The notes under the pieces were generated by a model. The model ran no database searches and was not told the origin of the DNA. It saw only the letters and a list, made by a program, of their open reading frames with translations. A DNA stretch of 64,000 nucleotides from Alphaproteobacteria bacterium. GTDB taxonomy: Bacteria; Pseudomonadota; Alphaproteobacteria; CAAGCB01; CAG-977. Position numbers and translations under genes: made by a program. Positions 18,499-28,105 of the stretch are shown here, one piece after another. The stretch lies in assembly GCA_900768185.1 (NCBI GenBank), contig CAAGCB010000012.1, forward strand, positions 15,461-79,460, in the 5' to 3' direction. How positions within the stretch are numbered: the stretch's first letter is position 1; each line of letters begins with the position of its first letter.

Positions 18499-19617
18499 TT
18501 ACTCCTTTGCGGGGGCGGGGGAAAGCGTTCTTTCAAACTGTTTGAACGCGTCCGATTCTTCGGGAAGCGTCAACATCTTTTTGAACGGCGTGAACAGCTG
18601 GTCGTTCGACGCGATAATCGTTCCCGCGTTCACGATGCCGACCGAATCTTCTTTACCGTCATAGGTGCAGACGCGTCCGCCCGCCTCTTTGACGATCAAC
18701 TGACCCGCGGCGACGTCCCAAGGTTTGATGTCTTCTTCGAAATAGCATTCGAAGCGACCCGCGGCGACGTAAGCCAAATCCAGCGATGCGGCGCCCATGC
18801 GGCGAACGCCCGCCGTTTTCTGCATCATCGGCATCAGCTGGCGTACGAAACGGTCGGGATTGGAATGTCCCAAATGCGGGATTCCCGTCACGACGACGGC
18901 TTCGTTCATCGTGTTGCGGTTTGAAACGTGAATGCGACGGGAACCCGACGCCGTCATCGCCCATGCGCCGCCGCCGCGTTCCGCGTAGAACAAATCGCCC
19001 GTGACGGGGTTGAAAATGACGCCCGCGACGATGTCGTTGTCTTCCTGCAAAGCCAGAGAAATCGCAAAGTGCGGAACGGCGTGCAAAAAGTTGCTGGTGC
19101 CGTCCAGCGGATCGATAATCCAGCGGTGGGACGTGTCCTCACCCGCTTTGACGCCGCTTTCCTCTTGCAAAAAACCGTAGCGGGGGCGGACTTTCAGCAA
19201 ATATTCGCGCAACGTCTTTTCAGAGTTCAAATCGGCGGTCGACGCGAAATCGGCGGCGCCTTTTTTCGAAATTTGCAGTTGTTCCAGTTCGCCGAAGTCG
19301 CGCACCAAACCGCGCCCCGCTTTCTGCACCGCCTGAATCATGACGTTCAAGGTCGGCGACAGCGACGAAATGAATTTGTCCTGACGCGATTCGCGAAACT
19401 GTTCCACGGGATCGGGACGGTTGCGGACGGGGAACGCCGATTGTTGCAGTCCCGCCGCCTGTTCGGATTTCCGCTGCAACAATTCCATCGCGCGGGTTTT
19501 GATTTCCGATTTGCGCTGGAACGTTTTGCGTTCGGTCGAAAGTTCCTCCGCGACGGCGCGGCGCACGGTCGTCCGTCTGAACGACGGACGCGGCGGTTTA
19601 ATGGTTGATTTGGGCAT
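18499..19617 (-). CDS. suhB: Inositol monophosphatase family protein (SuhB-like)
   Basis: IMPase motifs WIIDPLDGTSNFLHAVP and metal-binding region; true start is probably the internal Met at 19491, since the first ~40 residues are basic and atypical. Confidence 0.75.
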   Translation of the reverse strand: MPKSTIKPPRPSFRRTTVRRAVAEELSTERKTFQRKSEIKTRAMELLQRKSEQAAGLQQSAFPVRNRPDPVEQFRESRQDKFISSLSPTLNVMIQAVQKAGRGLVRDFGELEQLQISKKGAADFASTADLNSEKTLREYLLKVRPRYGFLQEESGVKAGEDTSHRWIIDPLDGTSNFLHAVPHFAISLALQEDNDIVAGVIFNPVTGDLFYAERGGGAWAMTASGSRRIHVSNRNTMNEAVVVTGIPHLGHSNPDRFVRQLMPMMQKTAGVRRMGAASLDLAYVAAGRFECYFEEDIKPWDVAAGQLIVKEAGGRVCTYDGKEDSVGIVNAGTIIASNDQLFTPFKKMLTLPEESDAFKQFERTLSPAPAKE

Positions 19618-19641
19618 GTCGGACGCTTTCCTTCAAGTCAA

Positions 19642-20205
19642 TCATTTCGCGCGTTCGACATAGGTGTTGTCGATCGTGGAAACGACAATCTTGTCGCCGG
19701 CGGCGACGAACGGAGGCACGCCGATGCGCAGACCGTTGTCCAGAACGGCGGGCTTGTAGGACGAGGAAACCGTCTGTCCCTTGATCACGGGTTCGGTTTC
19801 GACGACCGTCTGTACGACCTTGGCGGGCAGTTCGATGCCGACGGGGCGTCCTTCGATGAATTCGACGACGACTTCCATGTTGTCCTGCAGATAAGCGGCG
19901 CGATCGCCCAGCATTTCTTTGGAAATCGTGAATTGGTCGTAGGTGTCGACCATCATGAACGTGTAGTCCGTTCCGTCGGAATACAGGTACTGGCAATCAC
20001 GGTCTTCGCTCATCAGTTTTTCGACGAAGTCGGCGGTGCGCCAGCGTTGTTCGGTTTTGACGCCCGTGGCGACGTCGCGCATTTTAACCTGAATGGTGGC
20101 GTTTCCCTTGCCGGGAATGACCAGTTCGTAGTCGATCACGACGCACGGTTTGCCGTTGTATTCGATGACCCAACCCGGACGGATTTGGTTAGCTTGCATT
20201 TTCAT
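19642..20205 (-). CDS. efp: Elongation factor P
   Basis: 187 aa; KOW-like N-domain with the modification loop VIPGKGNA carrying the conserved Lys. Confidence 0.9.
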   Translation of the reverse strand: MKMQANQIRPGWVIEYNGKPCVVIDYELVIPGKGNATIQVKMRDVATGVKTEQRWRTADFVEKLMSEDRDCQYLYSDGTDYTFMMVDTYDQFTISKEMLGDRAAYLQDNMEVVVEFIEGRPVGIELPAKVVQTVVETEPVIKGQTVSSSYKPAVLDNGLRIGVPPFVAAGDKIVVSTIDNTYVERAK

Positions 20206-20310
20206 GAGTTTTTTCCTTGTATATTAAAAGAAAGCCAATAGAATTTAAGCCGAAAATTAACAGATTAGCTTTCTGAACGCAAGAGTTCTGCGCTAAAAAA
20301 TATCGGGAGA

Positions 20311-21366
20311 ATGTTTATGAACAACCGGATTCCTTTTTGGCACCCCGCGGAATACGCCCGCCGACTGCCTGTTTTGAAACGGCGCGCGGCGATAATCGAC
20401 GCGATTCGCCGCTTTTTCACCGAACGGGATTTTTTAGAGGTCGAAACCCCGATTTTGCAGATTTCCCCCGGACTGGAACCGCATTTAAAAGCGTTCAAAA
20501 CCGAATTGGTCGAACCGTTCGGACAGGCGGATCGCGACATGTATCTGCACACGTCGCCGGAATTCACCATGAAAAAGCTGCTGGCGGCGGGACTGCCCAA
20601 AATTTTTCAGATGGCGCGCGTTTTCAGAAACGAAGAACGGTCCAAACGCCACCACCCCGAATTTATCATGCTGGAATGGTATCGGGCGGGCGCCGACTAT
20701 ACGGTTTTGATGGACGATACCGTCGAACTGGTGCGGGCTTGCACGCGGGCGGGCGGCGCCGAAGTCCTGAAGGACGGCGATTTGGAAGTCGACCCGTTCA
20801 AAGAATGGAATCGGATTTCGGTCGCCGAAGCCTGCCGCGAATACGCGGGATTCGATTTGGAATCGACCCTGCCCGACGAACCGACGTTGGAACCCGATCC
20901 GAAGCCGCTGGCGAAAGTCGCCGAAAATATGGGGATTCGGGTTTCTTCCGACGACCGTTGGGACGACATTTATTTTCGCATCGCTTTTGAAAAAATCGAA
21001 CCGAATCTGGGACGCGGCGTTCCGACGATTTTGTACGACTATCCCGTGTGCATGGCGGCTCTGTCCCGTAAAAAGCCGACCGATCCCCGATTCGCGGAAC
21101 GGTTCGAAGTGTATGTCGGCGACACCGAGCTGGGCAACGCGTTTTCCGAATTGACCGACGCGGCGGAACAACGCCGGCGGTTCGAATACGATATGGATTT
21201 GAAAGAAAAGCTTTACGGCGAACGCTATCCGATTGACGACGATTTCATCAACGCCGTCGCCGCGATGCCCGAAGCCGCGGGGATCGCAATCGGCGTCGAT
21301 CGTTTGGTCATGCTGGTCGCGGGGGTGACGCGAATCGAAGACGCGATGTGGGCGCCCGTCGCATGA
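20311..21366 (+). CDS. epmA: EF-P lysine beta-lysyltransferase EpmA (PoxA/GenX, truncated class II LysRS paralog)
   Basis: Class II aaRS core motifs (FRNEE..., GLGIDRL-like GIAIGVDRLVML), ~350 aa with no anticodon-binding domain; divergent from efp. Confidence 0.75.
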   Translation: MFMNNRIPFWHPAEYARRLPVLKRRAAIIDAIRRFFTERDFLEVETPILQISPGLEPHLKAFKTELVEPFGQADRDMYLHTSPEFTMKKLLAAGLPKIFQMARVFRNEERSKRHHPEFIMLEWYRAGADYTVLMDDTVELVRACTRAGGAEVLKDGDLEVDPFKEWNRISVAEACREYAGFDLESTLPDEPTLEPDPKPLAKVAENMGIRVSSDDRWDDIYFRIAFEKIEPNLGRGVPTILYDYPVCMAALSRKKPTDPRFAERFEVYVGDTELGNAFSELTDAAEQRRRFEYDMDLKEKLYGERYPIDDDFINAVAAMPEAAGIAIGVDRLVMLVAGVTRIEDAMWAPVA

Positions 21367-21833
21367 TTTTTTTCAAAAGGCTGTTTTTTCGGGGCGTGTC
21401 GATCGCCGCTAAAGTCACGGGACTGTCCGAACAATTCGTTTCGTTCCTGATTATGGGCGGCGTGAACACGGTGTTTTATTACGCGCTGTATTCCTTGCTG
21501 ATTTACGCCGGACTGCATTACGCGGCGGCGGTCGCGATCGCGACCGTTTGCGGCGTTTTGTTCAATTTTCAGACGTTCGGGCGCGTCGTGTTCAAAAATT
21601 TTCAAACCCGTCTGCTGGGACGGTTCGCCGCCGTCTACGCCGTCGTGTATCTGGCAAACGTCGCGGGGCTGGCGGCGTTGGAACGGGTCGGGCTTGCCGA
21701 CAAATATCTGGCGGGCGCTGTTTTGGTTTTGCCCGTGGCGATGCTGGGATACGTCCTGAACAGGACGTTCGTGTTTAACCGCCCAGCGGCTTCACGCGAA
21801 AATCAGCCGCGTCCGACGGATCCGACAAATTAA
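21363..21833 (+). CDS. GtrA-family small membrane protein
   Basis: Four hydrophobic helices; GtrA-like FVSFLIMGGVNTVFYYALYSLL; 4-nt ATGA overlap with epmA. Confidence 0.6.
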   Translation: MIFFKRLFFRGVSIAAKVTGLSEQFVSFLIMGGVNTVFYYALYSLLIYAGLHYAAAVAIATVCGVLFNFQTFGRVVFKNFQTRLLGRFAAVYAVVYLANVAGLAALERVGLADKYLAGAVLVLPVAMLGYVLNRTFVFNRPAASRENQPRPTDPTN

Positions 21834-22287
21834 AGTCGACGCAGGGGACGTTGAACAGTTCCGCCCACCATTCGGTCAGCTCTCCGGCGTTTTCGCCGTC
21901 GAATCCGATATAGTCGGCGCCCGCTTCGCCCGCGCGCATCGCTTCGTCGCGGGTGGCGCATACGACGCCCAGCGCGATATCGCCGATTTTCGACCGGATT
22001 TTTTTTATATCGGGGCGAAAGTCGATTTGCACGCCGTCCGCCGCGATTTTTAACGCGGCTTCGATATCGTTTTTGACGATGAAAGCGACGTTTTCCGCCT
22101 GAACCGCCGCCGCGAATTTCCGCAGTTCGTCTTCGGTCATGCCCGTCCCGTCGCACAGCAAAGCGTCGGGGCGTTCGGCTTTTTCACCGGCGAAAGCGGC
22201 GATCGGATCGGTTGTTTCGGCGCTGCATGTCAAATAAAGTCCCTGTTTCATCGCGTGTCCTTTCAAATCGGCAATATTATACGTCAA
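21775..22287 (-). CDS. Thiamine-phosphate synthase (ThiE/TenI) superfamily protein
   Basis: TIM-barrel phosphate-binding pattern FIVKNDIEAAL...ADYIGFD; start may be the second Met at 22251. Confidence 0.45.
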   Translation of the reverse strand: MTYNIADLKGHAMKQGLYLTCSAETTDPIAAFAGEKAERPDALLCDGTGMTEDELRKFAAAVQAENVAFIVKNDIEAALKIAADGVQIDFRPDIKKIRSKIGDIALGVVCATRDEAMRAGEAGADYIGFDGENAGELTEWWAELFNVPCVDFNLSDPSDAADFRVKPLGG

Positions 22288-22397
22288 AACATGACGCTTT
22301 TGTCAACACGGGCGTGAAAAAGTCAAAGAACGCTGTTGCACAAAAATGACAACACCTTTATTCTGACGGAAAGTTTTGTATCAAAGGGGATATCGCT

Positions 22398-23000
22398 TTG
22401 GGGATTCACGAACAGCTGGAAAACGCGGCGCAAGCCCTGACTTCCGCCGTCGACCGATTGGAAAAGGCGGCTGGAAAAATCGCCGAAAAACAACGCGAAA
22501 TCGACGCGTTGCACGCTAAATGCGGGGAATTGCAGTCGGCGCTGGACCGCGCGGGCGACGAATTGGCGCAGGGGCGCAAAAGCGACGCGGATTTTGAAAG
22601 ACTGCGCGCCGAACGCGACGAACTGCTGAACGCGCGCAACCGCTTGGTGGCGGAAAAAAATCAGCTGCTGGGCGAACGCGATCAGTTCAAAAAATTCCAT
22701 GCCGTCTGGGAACGCGAACGTTCCGCGCTGATCAAAGCCAAAGAGGACGCCGAACGCGAAACCGCGCGGCTGAAAAACGAAACGGCGTCGGTCGGCGGCG
22801 GAAACGGCGAGGAGGAACGTTTGCGCGAGGAATTGCGCCGCGTGTCGGAATCGGAACAAAACCTGATAAAGGAAAAGGAAGGGCTGTCCATTGAATTGGA
22901 CGGCGTGCGCCGCGCTTACGAGGATTTGAAACGGACGGCGGGGCAGGCGTCCGTGCAGCTGGACGCGACGTTGGCGGAACTGAAAGCGTTGAGGGGATAA
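22398..23000 (+). CDS. Coiled-coil protein upstream of zapA (ZauP/DUF4164-like)
   Basis: Almost entirely heptad coiled coil; conserved position immediately upstream of zapA as in Caulobacter zauP. Confidence 0.45.
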   Translation: MGIHEQLENAAQALTSAVDRLEKAAGKIAEKQREIDALHAKCGELQSALDRAGDELAQGRKSDADFERLRAERDELLNARNRLVAEKNQLLGERDQFKKFHAVWERERSALIKAKEDAERETARLKNETASVGGGNGEEERLREELRRVSESEQNLIKEKEGLSIELDGVRRAYEDLKRTAGQASVQLDATLAELKALRG

Positions 23001-23004
23001 AATC

Positions 23005-23328
23005 ATGTCGGTTGTGCAGTTGTCCGTCGGCGGACGAAAATATTCCGTTTCCTGCGGCGAAGGACAGGAAGACACCTTGAACGCGCTGGCGTTGATGCTG
23101 GACGAAAAAGTCGAACGGATCAAAGCGCGCGCGCCCGTCGGCGAATCCATGGGACTGCTGATGGGGGCTTTGCTGCTGGCGGGAGAGTTGTCTGACCGCA
23201 ATCAGCAGCTGATCGCCGGACAGAAAGAAAACGCCGTTTCGCCGGAAACGCTTGCCGCGACCGTCAAAATGACGGAAAAAATGGCGGAACGCATTTCAGG
23301 TGTTGCCGAATTGATCGAAAATGCGTAA
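23005..23328 (+). CDS. zapA: Cell division protein ZapA
   Basis: 107 aa, VQLSVGGRKYSVSC N-terminus typical of ZapA; synteny with 6S RNA and ygfA. Confidence 0.75.
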   Translation: MSVVQLSVGGRKYSVSCGEGQEDTLNALALMLDEKVERIKARAPVGESMGLLMGALLLAGELSDRNQQLIAGQKENAVSPETLAATVKMTEKMAERISGVAELIENA

Positions 23329-23334
23329 TCTGAA

Positions 23335-23540
23335 CGCGGGGGAGACGACTTCTCGATTCGTTAGAATCCCGCTGGTACTCGGGGCCAACGTTTTTAATAT
23401 CGGGAGCTGTCCCTGCGGCGGGCGACGAGCTTTGATCTCTTAGTTCGAACCCTGTTCGCATTACGGCGCCCACCTATACAAAGCGGCCCACGCGACGCGT
23501 GAGTTGGTTCGACGGTCACAGCAGTCTTTCCCCTTTTTTG
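23335..23540 (+). ncRNA. ssrS: Predicted 6S RNA (ssrS)
   Basis: ~200-nt non-coding gap in the conserved zapA-ssrS-ygfA arrangement; closing stem GGGGGAGAC (23338-23346) pairs with GUCUUUCCCC (23524-23533); U-tract at the 3' end. Boundaries are approximate. Confidence 0.45.
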
Positions 23541-23559
23541 AAAACGGAAAGCCGCCCTG

Positions 23560-24132
23560 ATGGATTATTCTTTTTTGAAACAAAAGCTGCGCACGAAAGC
23601 CGTTCGCCTGCGTTCCGAAATCGCGCCGGATCACGCGCTGTGGTGCGCGCGGGAAATCGTGCGTCGTTTCAACGATCTGCCGTTGCCCGAAAATCCCGTC
23701 GTATCCGCCTACTGGCCGATGAAAACGGAATTGGACGTGCGTCCGCTGATGTTTTCCCTGCATAACAAAGGCATTCCCGTTTGTTTGCCCGTCGTTGTCG
23801 AGGTCGATGCGCCGCTGTCGTTCAGATTGTGGCGACCCGACGCGAAACTGGTCGCGGGACCTTACGGCACGGAACAGCCCGACGAAAGGTGCGCGACGGT
23901 CGTGCCGAACGTTCTGCTGCTGCCGTTGTTGGCGTTTGACAATCGCGGCGGACGGTTGGGCTACGGCGGCGGATATTACGACCGGACGGTCGCCCGTCTG
24001 CGGCAACGGGGCAATCCCGCGGTTGTCGGCGTCGCGTTTTCGGATCAGGAAATCGATGCCGTCCCGTCCGAAAAAACAGATGAACGGCTGAACTTTGTTT
24101 TGACCGAAGAAAAAATCGTAAAGGGTCTTTGA
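23560..24132 (+). CDS. ygfA: 5-formyltetrahydrofolate cyclo-ligase
   Basis: GxGGGYYDR motif (LGYGGGYYDRT) and fold pattern of 5-FCL. Confidence 0.85.
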   Translation: MDYSFLKQKLRTKAVRLRSEIAPDHALWCAREIVRRFNDLPLPENPVVSAYWPMKTELDVRPLMFSLHNKGIPVCLPVVVEVDAPLSFRLWRPDAKLVAGPYGTEQPDERCATVVPNVLLLPLLAFDNRGGRLGYGGGYYDRTVARLRQRGNPAVVGVAFSDQEIDAVPSEKTDERLNFVLTEEKIVKGL

Positions 24133-24947
24133 TGCGTGTTTTGTTTTTAGGGGACGTCGTCGGCAAGTCGGGACGCCGTCTGGTGGCGGAAACTTTGCCG
24201 GATTTTCGCCGTAAGTACAAAGTCGATTTCGCGATCGTGAACGGGGACAACGCCGCCCACGGTTTCGGATTGAGTCAAAGCGTCCTGCGCGAGCTGTTTC
24301 AAAGCGGGGCCGACGTCGTGACATCGGGAAATCACGGCTGGATCGCGAAAGAGATGCAACCTTTTCTGAATACGGAAAACCGCCTGTTGCGCCCCGCCAA
24401 CTATCCCGAAGGCGCGCCGGGAAAAGGCGCCGGACTCTACCGTTTGCCCGACGGACGAAAGGTCGCCGTTTTGCATTTGCAGGGGCGGGTTTATATGGAT
24501 TCGATCGAAAATCCGTTCGCCGCCGCCAAACGCTGGACGGACGCGGTCGGACTGGGGCGCGACGCGCAGGCGATGATCGTCGATCTGCATGCCGAAGCGA
24601 CCAGTGAAAAAATGGCGATGGGGCAGTATCTGGACGGTTCGGTCAGTCTGGTGGTCGGCACGCACACGCATATCCCGACGGCGGACGCGCAGATTTTGCC
24701 GCGCGGCACGGCGTATCTGACCGACGCGGGCATGTGCGGCTGTTTCGATTCCGTCATCGGCATGAACAAGGTCGAACCCGTGTCGCGTTTCGTCACCAAC
24801 AGGGCGAACGAGAAATACACCCCCGAAAAGGGCGACGCGACCGTGTGCGGCGTCATGGTCGACACGAACGACCGAACGGGGCTGGCGGAAAAAATTTATA
24901 TGATTCGGTACGGCGGACGCTTACAGGAATCTTTACCGCCGCTTTAA
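24132..24947 (+). CDS. YmdB-like metallophosphoesterase (TIGR00282 family, 2',3'-cNMP phosphodiesterase)
   Basis: MRVLFLGDVVG...NGDNAAHG...GNHGW metallophosphatase motifs. Confidence 0.8.
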   Translation: MRVLFLGDVVGKSGRRLVAETLPDFRRKYKVDFAIVNGDNAAHGFGLSQSVLRELFQSGADVVTSGNHGWIAKEMQPFLNTENRLLRPANYPEGAPGKGAGLYRLPDGRKVAVLHLQGRVYMDSIENPFAAAKRWTDAVGLGRDAQAMIVDLHAEATSEKMAMGQYLDGSVSLVVGTHTHIPTADAQILPRGTAYLTDAGMCGCFDSVIGMNKVEPVSRFVTNRANEKYTPEKGDATVCGVMVDTNDRTGLAEKIYMIRYGGRLQESLPPL

Positions 24948-25001
24948 ATGGTGGTAAAAGGATAAAGAAATTGGTTCTAACCTCAATGATCGAGGAGTGT
25001 T

Positions 25002-25751
25002 ATGTCAGGTCATTCACAATTTAAAAACATCATGCACCGCAAAGGCGCGCAAGATAAAATCCGCGCTCGCACGTTTTCAAAACTGGGGCGCGAAATCACG
25101 GTCGCCGCGAAATCGGGACTGCCCGATCCGGCGTACAACCCGCGTTTGCGCGCCGCCATCGCCGCCGCTCGCGCCGAAAACATGCCAAAGGACAACATCA
25201 AGCGCGCGATTGAAAAAGCCGCCGCCGGCGACGGTGCCGACTATATGGAAATCCGTTACGAAGGTTTCGGTCCCGGAAACGTCGCCGTTATCGTCGAAGC
25301 GTTGACCGACAATCCCAAGCGCACGGCACCGATTGTTCGTTCGATTTTCGGCAAAGCCGGTTGCGTCATGGGTGAAACGGGTTCCGTCGCGTTCAATTTC
25401 CAACGCGTCGGGCTGATTGAATATCCCGCCGCCGTCGCCGAAGCCGACGCCATGTTCGAAGCCGCCTTGGAAGCCGGCGCGGACGACGTCGAATCCGACG
25501 AAGAAACGCACCGTATTCTGTGTTCGCCCGATGATTTGGGTGCGGTTCGCGACGCTTTGGAATCCAAATTCGAAACGCCGACCGTTTGCCGTCTTGATTG
25601 GAAACCGCTGGTCGAAACCGAATTGACCGACGCCGAAATCGCCAAAAAATTCTTTGATTTCGTTGAAACTCTGAATGACGAGGAAGACGTTCAGCGCGTC
25701 GCGTCGAACGTGTCCGTTTCCGACGAAATCATGGCAAAATTGGAAGGCTGA
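25002..25751 (+). CDS. yebC: YebC/PmpR family DNA-binding transcriptional regulator
   Basis: [17 protein letters not shown]-terminus diagnostic of the family. Confidence 0.9.
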   Translation: MSGHSQFKNIMHRKGAQDKIRARTFSKLGREITVAAKSGLPDPAYNPRLRAAIAAARAENMPKDNIKRAIEKAAAGDGADYMEIRYEGFGPGNVAVIVEALTDNPKRTAPIVRSIFGKAGCVMGETGSVAFNFQRVGLIEYPAAVAEADAMFEAALEAGADDVESDEETHRILCSPDDLGAVRDALESKFETPTVCRLDWKPLVETELTDAEIAKKFFDFVETLNDEEDVQRVASNVSVSDEIMAKLEG

Positions 25752-25752
25752 T

Positions 25753-26271
25753 TTGGGAAAATCCGTCAGGATTTTGGGGCTTGACCCCGGCTTGCGCCAT
25801 ACTGGGTGGGCGGTAATCGATTCACGCGATTCCCGCCTGTCCTTTGTCGCCGCCGGGGTCGCTGATTCGACGGATAGTCTGTCTTTGGCGCAGCGTTTGG
25901 CGGAATTGCACCGCCAAATTCGGACGGTCATTGACGAAGCTCAACCGTCGGAGGCGGCGATCGAGCAGACTTTTGTGAACAAAAATCCCGAATCGACGTT
26001 GAAGCTGGGACAGGCGAGGGGCGCGGTTCTGCTGGCGCCCGCGCTGGCGGGAATTCCCGTTTCGGAATATACGCCGAACCAGATTAAAAAAGCCGTCGTC
26101 GGCGCCGGGCACGCCGAAAAACGGCAGGTCGACATGATGGTGCATACGCTGTTGCCCGCGGCGGGCAAATTGCGCCCCGACGCGGCGGACGCTTTGGCGG
26201 CGGCGATTTGCCATTCCTATATGCGCGTGACGGCGGAACGAATGAAATTGTTGGCGGAGCTGGCGAAATGA
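25753..26271 (+). CDS. ruvC: Holliday junction resolvase RuvC
   Basis: ILGLDPGLRHTGWAVI catalytic-Asp motif; probable TTG start at 25753 immediately after the yebC stop (ORF track ATG at 25675 overlaps yebC). Confidence 0.85.
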   Translation: MGKSVRILGLDPGLRHTGWAVIDSRDSRLSFVAAGVADSTDSLSLAQRLAELHRQIRTVIDEAQPSEAAIEQTFVNKNPESTLKLGQARGAVLLAPALAGIPVSEYTPNQIKKAVVGAGHAEKRQVDMMVHTLLPAAGKLRPDAADALAAAICHSYMRVTAERMKLLAELAK

Positions 26272-26876
26272 TAGCGAAACTGCGCGGCATGGTGGACAGT
26301 ATTGAGGACGGGTTCGTCATTTTGGACGTGAACGGCGTCGGATACAGGGTGTTCTGTTCGGCGAAAACGCAAATGAAGCTGCCCGCAAAAGGGCAGGTCG
26401 CGTCCATGCTGATCGAAACGCAGGTGCGCGAGGACGCGATTCACCTGATCGGGTTCGCGGACGCCGTCGAAAAAAACTGGTATCTGTTGCTGGGCGGCGT
26501 GCAGGGCGTCGGGACAAAGGTCGCTTTGGCGATTTTGTCGGTTTTAAGCGCGGACGAATTGTCCGTGGCGATCGCGTCGGGCGATTCAAAGGCGGTGACG
26601 CGCGCCCCCGGCGTCGGACCCAAGCTTGCCCTTCGCATCGTGACCGAATTGAAAGGCAAGGTCGGTAAAATTTCTTTGGCGGGCGCGGATTCCCCCGCGG
26701 GCGAAATCGTCCAAGCCAAAGGTTCCGCCGTTGACGACGCGGTGTCGGCTTTGGTCAATTTGGGATACGCCCGCATGGACGCCGCGATGGCGGTCGCCAA
26801 ATCGTTTAAACAACGCGGAGAAGCGGCTCAAGTCGGCGATTTGATCCGCGACGCCCTGAAAGAGTTTGCTCCATGA
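26268..26876 (+). CDS. ruvA: Holliday junction branch migration protein RuvA
   Basis: [12 protein letters not shown]...; ATGA overlap with ruvC; HhH motifs. Confidence 0.9.
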   Translation: MIAKLRGMVDSIEDGFVILDVNGVGYRVFCSAKTQMKLPAKGQVASMLIETQVREDAIHLIGFADAVEKNWYLLLGGVQGVGTKVALAILSVLSADELSVAIASGDSKAVTRAPGVGPKLALRIVTELKGKVGKISLAGADSPAGEIVQAKGSAVDDAVSALVNLGYARMDAAMAVAKSFKQRGEAAQVGDLIRDALKEFAP

Positions 26877-27907
26877 CCGAAGACAGAATTGTCAGTCCCG
26901 CCAAACGCGTCGGCGACGAGGATTTCGCCAACATGCGTCCGAAATCGCTGGCGGATTTTACGGGACAGCGCGCGGTTTGCGAAAATTTAAAGGTGTTCGT
27001 CACGGCGGCGCTGACCCGCGGCGAAGCTTTGGATCACGTTTTATTGTTCGGTCCGCCGGGGTTGGGGAAAACGACGTTGGCGCAAATCGTGGCGCACGAA
27101 CTGGCGGTCGGTTTCCGCGCGACCTCCGCCCCCATGATATCCAAGGCGGGCGATCTGGCGGCGATTTTGACGAATTTGGAAAAAAACGACGTTTTGTTCA
27201 TTGACGAAATCCATCGTTTGAATCCCGCGATTGAAGAAGTCCTGTACGCCGCGATGGAGGATTTCCAGCTGGATCTGATTATCGGCGAAGGTCCCGCCGC
27301 CCGTTCCGTGCGGATCGATTTGCAACCGTTCACGCTGATCGGGGCGACGACGCGGTCGGGGCTGTTGACGCAACCTTTGCGCGACCGTTTCGGCATTCCT
27401 TTGCGGCTGGATTTTTACGATCCCGCCGATTTGGAAAAGATCGTGATCCGCGGCGCGGGCGTGCTGAACACAGCCATTACCGCCGAAGGGGCGCGCGAAA
27501 TCGCCAAGCGGGCGCGGGGAACGCCGCGCGTGGCGGGGCGTTTGCTGAAGCGTGTGCGCGACTTTGCCGCGTTCGAAGGAAAAAAGGAAATCGACGCCGA
27601 CATCGCCGATCGCGCGCTGAAACGGCTGGACGTGGACAAGCAGGGGCTGGACATGATGGATCGGCGGTATCTGAACTGCATCGCGCGGAAATACGCCGGC
27701 GGTCCCGTCGGGGCGGATACGCTTGCCGCTGCTTTGTCCGAGGAACGCGACACGATTGAAGAAGTCATCGAACCCTATCTGTTGCAACAGGGGTATCTGC
27801 AACGCACGCCGCGCGGGCGCGTTCTGACCGCGTTGGGGTATAAACATCTGGGATTACCGCCGCCCGCGACGGATGCGGCGGATCTGTTTTCGAACGCGGA
27901 AAAATAG
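26873..27907 (+). CDS. ruvB: Holliday junction branch migration helicase RuvB
   Basis: AAA+ Walker [10 protein letters not shown], Walker [10 protein letters not shown], sensor residues; ATGA overlap with ruvA. Confidence 0.95.
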   Translation: MTEDRIVSPAKRVGDEDFANMRPKSLADFTGQRAVCENLKVFVTAALTRGEALDHVLLFGPPGLGKTTLAQIVAHELAVGFRATSAPMISKAGDLAAILTNLEKNDVLFIDEIHRLNPAIEEVLYAAMEDFQLDLIIGEGPAARSVRIDLQPFTLIGATTRSGLLTQPLRDRFGIPLRLDFYDPADLEKIVIRGAGVLNTAITAEGAREIAKRARGTPRVAGRLLKRVRDFAAFEGKKEIDADIADRALKRLDVDKQGLDMMDRRYLNCIARKYAGGPVGADTLAAALSEERDTIEEVIEPYLLQQGYLQRTPRGRVLTALGYKHLGLPPPATDAADLFSNAEK

Positions 27908-28105
27908 GCTTGCCGCCGTCCGGCGTGGGCGATCGGAAATCTTTGACGGCGCGCCGGCAACGAAAGGTCGCCGACTTTCCCGCATTCGGATTGAAAGCGG
28001 TCTGAAAATTTTTAGCTTGTTATCAATAATAACGGTGTTCGATTTTTGTTGAAAACACGGGGAAAGGTATATATTTTTCATTAGAACGATTAAAAGGAAC
28101 GGAAG

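Noticed and set aside
25675-25752. ATG-initiated N-terminal extension of ruvC overlapping yebC by 77 nt
   Set aside because: The extension ([21 protein letters not shown]...) is non-conserved and Arg-rich. A TTG start at 25753 directly after the yebC stop gives a canonical 172-aa RuvC.
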